Assembly (NCBI GenBank): GCA_041483895.1
Contig: JBGPGO010000002.1
Span: 64,001 to 128,000, forward strand
Source: Fimbriimonadia bacterium
GTDB lineage: Bacteria > Armatimonadota > Fimbriimonadia > Fimbriimonadales > JABRVX01
Direction of reading: 5' to 3'
DNA: 64,000 nucleotides
Positions 57,787 through 64,000 of the stretch are shown piece after piece; the first letter of the stretch is position 1; each line of letters opens with the position of its first letter. The position numbers and the translations under genes are program-made. The notes under the pieces are model-generated. The model was given only the letters and a program-made list of their open reading frames with translations, had not been told where the DNA came from and did not search any database.

Positions 57787-60700
57787 GTGAACCCCTTTGG
57801 CATCCGTCGAACGCTCGTTGCCGTCACCGGGCCGCCGGGCTCGGGAAAGACGCGCTACTGCCTGGACCGCTTCGCGCAGTGTCCGGCGGGGGTTCTCGTC
57901 GTCTTCGGCAAGGACGCCTATCGCGAGCTTGCTGAGTCGGCGGTCCGCAGCCGGGCCGATTGGTGCGACGACCTGGAATTCAACATGGATTCGCTGCAGG
58001 ACTGGAATCGCTTTGCGGCCTATGTGCTGGATCAGTGCAACGCTCCTCCCCATCCATTGGCGGGCCGCATCCCGCGCGTGGCCATCGCGGCGGAAGCGGT
58101 GGAGAGCGTTTCCGGCGGTCTCTTCGAAAAGGTGCGGTCGACGCTGGGCTTTCACGAACGGTTCGCGGACCTGGTTGGCGAGCTGATTTCCGCGGGATTT
58201 ACGCCCGGTTCTTTCGTGAAAGGCGCGGAACGGTCCGAGGTGTCCGATCCTCGGTTCCGGGGCAAGGTGGAAGAGATTGCGAATCTGTGGAGCAAGTACG
58301 AGCGGTCGGTCGAAAAGCTGCGATTGACCCTGCCGGCAAAGCTTCCCAGCTTGGCGGCGGACGCGCTCACCACTTCGGCGCGATTGGCCGACGAGATATG
58401 GTTCGACGGTTTCCAAACCCTCAGCCAGGCGCAGATTGAGCTCCTAGATGCTTTAACGGAACAGTGCCGCGTCGGCGTCACGATTCCCTGGCAGGACGAA
58501 CGCCGGGACCTTCTGCAAAACAGCGCGCGGCTGCTCGAGCGATTGGGAGAGCGCTTCGATCTGGTCCGCGTCGTCACATCCGACGAGCCGACCAAGTATC
58601 GCGGCAAGACGCTGTTCGCGCTCTCGCAGGGCCTGTTCCGCGACGACCCGCCGCCGGCGGAATGGGACGAGCCGATCCAAATCGTCAACTGTCCGACGCG
58701 ACTGGCGGAGGTGGAATGGACGGCGCGCTGGATCCTTCGGATGTCGGAGGACCAAGCGCTGAAACCGTCCGATTTTGTGGTGGTCGCGCGGGAGATCGAA
58801 GCCTATTGGCCGCTTGTCCAGCTTGTGTTTCCCCGGTTCGGCCTGTCGCCGTCGCGCTCTGTCGAGCGCCGCGTGACGGACAGTCCCTTCGTCCGGTTCG
58901 TGCTGTCTTCGGCGGAGCTGATTCGCGACGATTGGCAAAGGGAAGATGTTATCCGTCATATCTCCTCCAGCTATGCCTTCGATGCCGGGGAGCAGGCAGC
59001 GATTCGCGTGGCGCTGAAGGGCAGCCGCGCCCGGCACGGCCTGGACTATTGGAAGCCGAAGCTGGAGCAGATTTTTTCCGACGGCTGCCGCGCAGCGGGG
59101 CGATTGGTCCGGTTGGCGGAGTGGTCCGAGGAGTTTGGCGGCCGCAAATCACCCACGGATTTCGCCGCACTCGTCCGGGAACTGTCTACTGAGATGGGAT
59201 GGACCGATCGCGCCGGCAACACCAACTCGCCGCACAGGCAGGAAGATTTCATCGCGATGGAGGCCGCGCACCGCTCCGCCGACGCCCTGGAGCAGATTGA
59301 ACTAATAACGGGCGATGGGAAATTGCGCTTCCCACAGTTTCTGTATCGATGGACGCGCATGTGCCGCCTCGCCCGGTACCGCGTGCCGCCGAATCCGGGC
59401 GTGCGCATCATCGAAAATCCCGACGAAATCAGCTTCGTCCCCCGCATCGCCTTTCTGTTGGGCCTGCTGGAAGGAGTATTCCCTCGGCGATTGACGGAGG
59501 ATCCGTTTCTCAACGACGAAGAGCGAGTCGAATTGCGGCGGGTTACCGGCAACTATCTGCAGACCGGCGAAGAGCGCATCAAGGACGAACGGGAGCGATT
59601 CTACAAGGCCGCGACCTTGCCCAGCGAGCGCCTGTTTCTGTTCTATCCGCAGGCGGGCGAAGAGAGCGAGAGTATTCCGACCCTCTACTTGGACGAGGTC
59701 CGTCGCTGTCTTCCACCCGCCGCGGTAAAAGAGGAGACCATCCTTTTGGCGCAGCCGGAAGGGTCCACGCGCGCATCGCAACTGGCCCCGACGATGGACT
59801 TCGCCCTGACCGAAGAGGACCAGCTCCTGGCCGCCGCAGCGCGTATCCCCGGCGCGCCGAAGGACTACGACGCATTGCTCGACGACTGGCGGATCCTTCC
59901 GCGCCTGCCACGCATCACTTTGCCGGAGGCCGCGATGGTGGCGGGGCCACGCAAAGGCGCAATCAGCGTAACGGAATTGGAATCGCTGAACAACTGCCCG
60001 TTCCAGCACTGGGCGCAGTATCGCGCGGGACTGCGCGATTGGCCGCTCGGAATCAGCCGCCGAGATCAGGGAACGGTGGTGCATGCGGTGCTAAGAAACG
60101 GACTGCAGTCGGCAAAGTTGGAGGACCTGGAGCGGACGCTGCTGGCCGCGTTGGAGGAGTGGCTGGAAGAAATGGAATCGGAAGCGCCGGATTGGGAGGT
60201 CGAGCTTTTGCGGGCCTATGCGACCAAAGTGCTGCTGGAATTCTGCGAACGGGAAATCCGACTTCGGATGGCCTATGGGATGGTTCCGGCGCATTTGGAG
60301 TGGCAGTTCGGTCAGGAGGCAAAGGAGGGCCGTCAGCGCGATCCGGCCTCCACGAATAAGCCATTGGAATATGAACTCTCGGACGGGAAGATGCTGCAAA
60401 TCGCGGGATCGGTTGATCGCATCGATCGGAGCAGCATCGGCACCGCGACGCTCTTAATGGACTATAAGCTGGGTTCCGCCAAGGCCGCGCGGCTCAAGGA
60501 TATCGAAGAAGGGAAGTCCCTGCAATTGCCGCTGTATGCTCTGGCAGTCGAGCAGCTACTGAACGCCGACGCCGCCAGCCTGGCCTACGATGGGATGGAA
60601 GGGAATGAGCGGTTGCTTATGCCGCGCTTCGCCAATCACAAGGAGTTCCAAATCGATCCGAGACCGCCGCATTGCGATGTGCGTCCATTGCCCGATTCGC

Positions 60701-60888
60701 ATTGGGAACGCATCCAGGCCACCGTGCGAGAAAAGGTGACCGAGCTGGTTGGACGATTGGAGCGCGCGGACATCTTCCCGACCCCGGACATCAATGTGTG
60801 CGGCCTGTGCGATTACGGCGATCTGTGCCGGATGCGCGGCGAATTGCACCACGATGGAGAGCCGATTGAGGAGTCGCTCGTTGAGTAG
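57787..60888 (+). CDS. addB: AddB/RexB-like helicase-nuclease subunit (PD-(D/E)XK nuclease with Fe-S cysteines)
   Basis: 'GPPGSGKT', 'DGF', 'NCPF', 'GSVDRID..DYKLG..LQLPLY', 'CGLCDYGDLC'. Confidence 0.85.
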   Translation: MNPFGIRRTLVAVTGPPGSGKTRYCLDRFAQCPAGVLVVFGKDAYRELAESAVRSRADWCDDLEFNMDSLQDWNRFAAYVLDQCNAPPHPLAGRIPRVAIAAEAVESVSGGLFEKVRSTLGFHERFADLVGELISAGFTPGSFVKGAERSEVSDPRFRGKVEEIANLWSKYERSVEKLRLTLPAKLPSLAADALTTSARLADEIWFDGFQTLSQAQIELLDALTEQCRVGVTIPWQDERRDLLQNSARLLERLGERFDLVRVVTSDEPTKYRGKTLFALSQGLFRDDPPPAEWDEPIQIVNCPTRLAEVEWTARWILRMSEDQALKPSDFVVVAREIEAYWPLVQLVFPRFGLSPSRSVERRVTDSPFVRFVLSSAELIRDDWQREDVIRHISSSYAFDAGEQAAIRVALKGSRARHGLDYWKPKLEQIFSDGCRAAGRLVRLAEWSEEFGGRKSPTDFAALVRELSTEMGWTDRAGNTNSPHRQEDFIAMEAAHRSADALEQIELITGDGKLRFPQFLYRWTRMCRLARYRVPPNPGVRIIENPDEISFVPRIAFLLGLLEGVFPRRLTEDPFLNDEERVELRRVTGNYLQTGEERIKDERERFYKAATLPSERLFLFYPQAGEESESIPTLYLDEVRRCLPPAAVKEETILLAQPEGSTRASQLAPTMDFALTEEDQLLAAAARIPGAPKDYDALLDDWRILPRLPRITLPEAAMVAGPRKGAISVTELESLNNCPFQHWAQYRAGLRDWPLGISRRDQGTVVHAVLRNGLQSAKLEDLERTLLAALEEWLEEMESEAPDWEVELLRAYATKVLLEFCEREIRLRMAYGMVPAHLEWQFGQEAKEGRQRDPASTNKPLEYELSDGKMLQIAGSVDRIDRSSIGTATLLMDYKLGSAKAARLKDIEEGKSLQLPLYALAVEQLLNADAASLAYDGMEGNERLLMPRFANHKEFQIDPRPPHCDVRPLPDSHWERIQATVREKVTELVGRLERADIFPTPDINVCGLCDYGDLCRMRGELHHDGEPIEESLVE

Positions 60889-63442
60889 CCTGACCGAACA
60901 CCAGGAGCGGGCGATAACGCGAAGCCATGGGCTGGTCTGTGTGGAGGCAGGGGCGGGCGCCGGAAAGACCTTGGTGATCGCGGAACGGTTCCTGTATCTG
61001 GTCCGAGAAGAGGGACTGCGGCCGAACGAAATCCTGACGATCACCTACACGCGCAAGGCGGCGCAGGAGATGAAGCAGCGAATCCTGGCCGGGCTGGATA
61101 AGGCTGGTATGCATGCGGCACGGCGCGAGGTGGAGAACGGATACATCCAGACCATTCACGGCTTCTGCGAGCGGCTGCTGCGCGAGAATCCGTTCGATGC
61201 CGGCGTCGATCCCGCGTTCCCGGTGATGAAGGAGGGCGACTCGGCGCGGCTTCGGGAACGATCGTTCGAGCTTGCGACAGGGGAAGCATTGCGCTCTTCT
61301 GGGCCGCTCCCGCAGCTCGTTTCCTCCGCGTCCACACTGCATGGTTGGGGCGCGCAAGGGGAGATGCTGGGCGTTTTGCGCAAACAGGTGGAGGACCTTT
61401 TGGAGCAGGTCCGCAGCTTTGGCCTTTCGCAGCGGGACCTGCAGGAGTGGGCGGAGCGGGAAGAGGCCGCCGTCGATGCGACGGGGGCGGAGGCGTTGCG
61501 GCAATCCTTGGAGGAGGTCACTTCGCAAATCGAATCGCTCATCGTACCAACCAAGGATCCGGCCCTGGCCGACATCTGGAAGCGCTTGAGAGCCCTGCCG
61601 GCGGACGATTCCCGCAAGCCGTTGCTGGATGAATTTTATCGCATTCCAAAGGCCAAGCTCACCGCGCCGGCACAAGCCACATTGACGGAGCTAAAGAAGC
61701 TCTCAAAGGCCGCCATCAGCACCATCGATACGGTTCAGTTGGAAGACGAGAAGCGCGCCGCGATCCGATCCGCCGGTCTTCTTCGCCTCGCGCTCCTTAT
61801 GTGGCGACACTACGAGCATCTCAAGAGCCTGGAAGGCCAGCTTGATTTCTCCGATTTGGAACATTGCGCCGTGCGCCTGTTGGAAGGATGCGAGCCGATC
61901 AAGAATCGATATCGTCTGCGCTTCAAGCAGCTTTTAGTGGATGAATTCCAAGACGTGAATCCGATCCAGGCGCGTTTGGTGCAGGCGCTCAGCTCCGGCG
62001 ACAACGTCTGTTTTGTCGGCGACCCGCGGCAGTCGATCTATCGATTCCGCCATGCCGATGTAACGCAGTTCATGGACTGGTCGAAGGATGCGAAGAGGCG
62101 GGAGGAAGCGGAGCCCGAGAGCGCGTGCCATGTGCCGCTGGACCTCAATTTCCGGTCCCGCCCTGGGATTTTGCAATTCGTTTCGGCCATCATGGAACGG
62201 TTGAAGCGGCCGGAGTTCGGAACTCTGGTCGCCCATCGCGGTTTTTTGGACGACGGCACGCCGCCGGTCGAGGTCTGGTATGGCGCGATGGATCGGCCCT
62301 CGGAAGATGCGCGGATGGTGGCGATGGGCATTCGCGGGATGATGTCCGATTCCCACATCCGCATCGAAACCCCCGAAGGTTTGCGGCCGCCTCGCTGGTC
62401 CGACTTCGCGCTCCTTTTCCGTTTTACGCCGCGAATCGATGAGTATCAGCGGGCGCTGTTCGCCGCCGGCATCCCAAACCAGATCGTGATGGCGGGCCGA
62501 AACTACTACGCGCGCTACGAGGTTCGCGACGTTCGCAATGCTCTGCAGGCGATCGCCCATCCGCAGGACGACCTGGCCCTCGCATGCCTCCTCCGATCCC
62601 CCATGGTCGGCCTGTCCATGGATGCCCTCACGCTGCTTTGCTCTCGCTCATCCGAAAACGGAGAGCCTCGGCCCCAGCTGATCCAAATCCTTTCCGAACC
62701 GCCCGCCCGCCTTCCCGATTCGGACTGTGAAAAGATCGCGCGGTTTTTGGAGTGGTTCCCGGATTTGTCGGTCTATGCGGATCGCCGCGAGGTCGGGGAA
62801 GTGATGGAACGCGTGCTCACCGAAACGCGCTATGCGGCGAAGCTGCTGTGCAGGGAGGACGGCGCCCGCCAACTGGCGAACGTGCGAAAGCTGCTGCAGA
62901 TGGCGGTGGATGCGCGGGAGATGACGCTGACCGAGTTTGTCCGTCGGCTTGACCGGCTGGTCAAGATTTATCAGCGGGAAGGGGACGCGCCGACGCATGA
63001 GGATGACGCGGATGTCGTCCGACTCATGACGGTGCACGCCGCGAAAGGATTGGAATTTCCGATTGTCGTGCTGCCGCAGATGTTTGGATCCCCGCCGCCC
63101 TTTAATGATCTAGTGATGGCCGATCCGAAAACGCGGCGCATCGGATCGAAGGTCGGCGATTACAAGAGCGTAATGTTCAATCAGGTGATGAATCAGAAAA
63201 AGGACGAGCAGACGGATGAGGCGATGCGACTATTGTACGTGGCCATGACTCGGGCGCGCGACTATCTTGCCCTGTGCCTGCCGAGCCAGACCAAAGGGCG
63301 CTCCGGGGATTCCTGGGCCGCGTGGTGCCGTTCGGCATTGGCGTTCAACTCCCCGACCATTCCGGCCGGCATCCGCGAGGTGCGAGAAGGCGTTCCGTAC
63401 CGCGTGCGCGACATCAGCGATCCGGAGAATTTGGCGCAATGA
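60881..63442 (+). CDS. addA: AddA/UvrD-like SF1 helicase (no C-terminal nuclease domain apparent)
   Basis: TTG start 60881; 'AGAGAGKT', 'TIHGFC', 'VDEFQD', 'VGDPRQSIYRFR', 'TVHAAKGLEF', 'YVAMTRAR'. Confidence 0.85.
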   Translation: MSSLTEHQERAITRSHGLVCVEAGAGAGKTLVIAERFLYLVREEGLRPNEILTITYTRKAAQEMKQRILAGLDKAGMHAARREVENGYIQTIHGFCERLLRENPFDAGVDPAFPVMKEGDSARLRERSFELATGEALRSSGPLPQLVSSASTLHGWGAQGEMLGVLRKQVEDLLEQVRSFGLSQRDLQEWAEREEAAVDATGAEALRQSLEEVTSQIESLIVPTKDPALADIWKRLRALPADDSRKPLLDEFYRIPKAKLTAPAQATLTELKKLSKAAISTIDTVQLEDEKRAAIRSAGLLRLALLMWRHYEHLKSLEGQLDFSDLEHCAVRLLEGCEPIKNRYRLRFKQLLVDEFQDVNPIQARLVQALSSGDNVCFVGDPRQSIYRFRHADVTQFMDWSKDAKRREEAEPESACHVPLDLNFRSRPGILQFVSAIMERLKRPEFGTLVAHRGFLDDGTPPVEVWYGAMDRPSEDARMVAMGIRGMMSDSHIRIETPEGLRPPRWSDFALLFRFTPRIDEYQRALFAAGIPNQIVMAGRNYYARYEVRDVRNALQAIAHPQDDLALACLLRSPMVGLSMDALTLLCSRSSENGEPRPQLIQILSEPPARLPDSDCEKIARFLEWFPDLSVYADRREVGEVMERVLTETRYAAKLLCREDGARQLANVRKLLQMAVDAREMTLTEFVRRLDRLVKIYQREGDAPTHEDDADVVRLMTVHAAKGLEFPIVVLPQMFGSPPPFNDLVMADPKTRRIGSKVGDYKSVMFNQVMNQKKDEQTDEAMRLLYVAMTRARDYLALCLPSQTKGRSGDSWAAWCRSALAFNSPTIPAGIREVREGVPYRVRDISDPENLAQ

Positions 63443-64000
63443 TCTTTGGCGGGATCAGCGGTGGCGGGTCGCACACTGGTTGCTGTCTTTGCGCGTCGGA
63501 AGATGAATGCATCGGTCAGGGCGTCGCGGGTCCATGCAACACGAACTTTGTCTCAATTGAAGAGGCTGCGGAGAACGTGCGGCAGGCGGTGGATCAGGCA
63601 TTCGCGATGGCCGGGATCGACCGATGCAGGGCGATCGGGACGGCGGTCGCCGGCTGGGTCTCCTCCGAATACGCCGTGGCAAAGGCGACGAAAGAACTGC
63701 TGCAAGAAAGAACCGATGAGGTGCGCGAGTACGGTGAGCATGAGGCGGCGTTGGCGGCATGCGGCATCTTCGAAAATCACGGTGTGGCTGTGGTCGCCGG
63801 GACGGGATCGAGCGTGGTCGCGTTTCGTGATGGCAGATCGGTCTCCGGCGGCGGATGGGGTTCGGCATTGGGGGATGAAGGCAGTGCGTTTGAAATCGCG
63901 GACAGGGCGCTTCGCGCCGCGGTACGATCCTACGAGTCGACGGGCCGAAAATGCGCGGTGCTGGAAGAAGCGATTCTCGTTCACTTTGGCGTCAGCGAGA
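63439..64000 (+). CDS. BadF/BadG/BcrA/BcrD-family (N-acetylglucosamine kinase-like) protein, truncated by the window end
   Basis: Not in the ORF track. Manual translation from ATG 63439 (ATGA overlap) gives MIFGGISGGGSHT..VAGTGS..GGWGSALGDEGSA, open to the window end. Confidence 0.85.
   Translation, partial: MIFGGISGGGSHTGCCLCASEDECIGQGVAGPCNTNFVSIEEAAENVRQAVDQAFAMAGIDRCRAIGTAVAGWVSSEYAVAKATKELLQERTDEVREYGEHEAALAACGIFENHGVAVVAGTGSSVVAFRDGRSVSGGGWGSALGDEGSAFEIADRALRAAVRSYESTGRKCAVLEEAILVHFGVSE

Noticed and set aside
63455..63984. Minus-strand ORFs at the window end
   Set aside because: Antisense to a plus-strand BadF-family frame with clear motifs
1..64000. Genome-wide UGA reassignment (genetic code 4 or 25)
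   Set aside because: UGA terminates conserved genes at their expected ends (nuoH, nuoM, hicA, hicB, tetR), and Trp is encoded by TGG throughout

Overview
GC-rich bacterial chromosomal window, probably from Armatimonadota (inferred from the dockerin-like-tailed secreted proteins and the TM-HEAT-'LLR' paralogs). Housekeeping genes include tsaC/SUA5, recN, a split complex I block (nuoH-J-K-L-M-[uroporphyrinogen-decarboxylase-like gene]-N, with no nuoI), kdsD-like, metG, upp, a CCA/HD nucleotidyltransferase and addB/addA-like genes. They are mixed with several tandem families of uncharacterised secreted or membrane proteins, a hicAB toxin-antitoxin pair, a TetR-EmrAB efflux unit and at least four families of REP-like palindromes. 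The main finding is at 4416-5519, which the ORF track splits in two. It is a single 367-codon reading frame with an intact promoter, RBS and terminator hairpin. Its one in-frame UGA aligns with a Cys in a neighbouring paralog (ECG-UGA-TGN vs ECGCTGN) and is followed by a hand-foldable stem-loop, making it a candidate new secreted CxU selenoprotein. The second major finding is three adjacent secreted proteins (44538-50603) that share a ~250-aa Cys-rich C-terminal domain I do not recognise, fused to different N-terminal domains. No rRNA, tRNA, CRISPR array or transposase was recognised. All family assignments come from motif recognition by eye, with no database searches.
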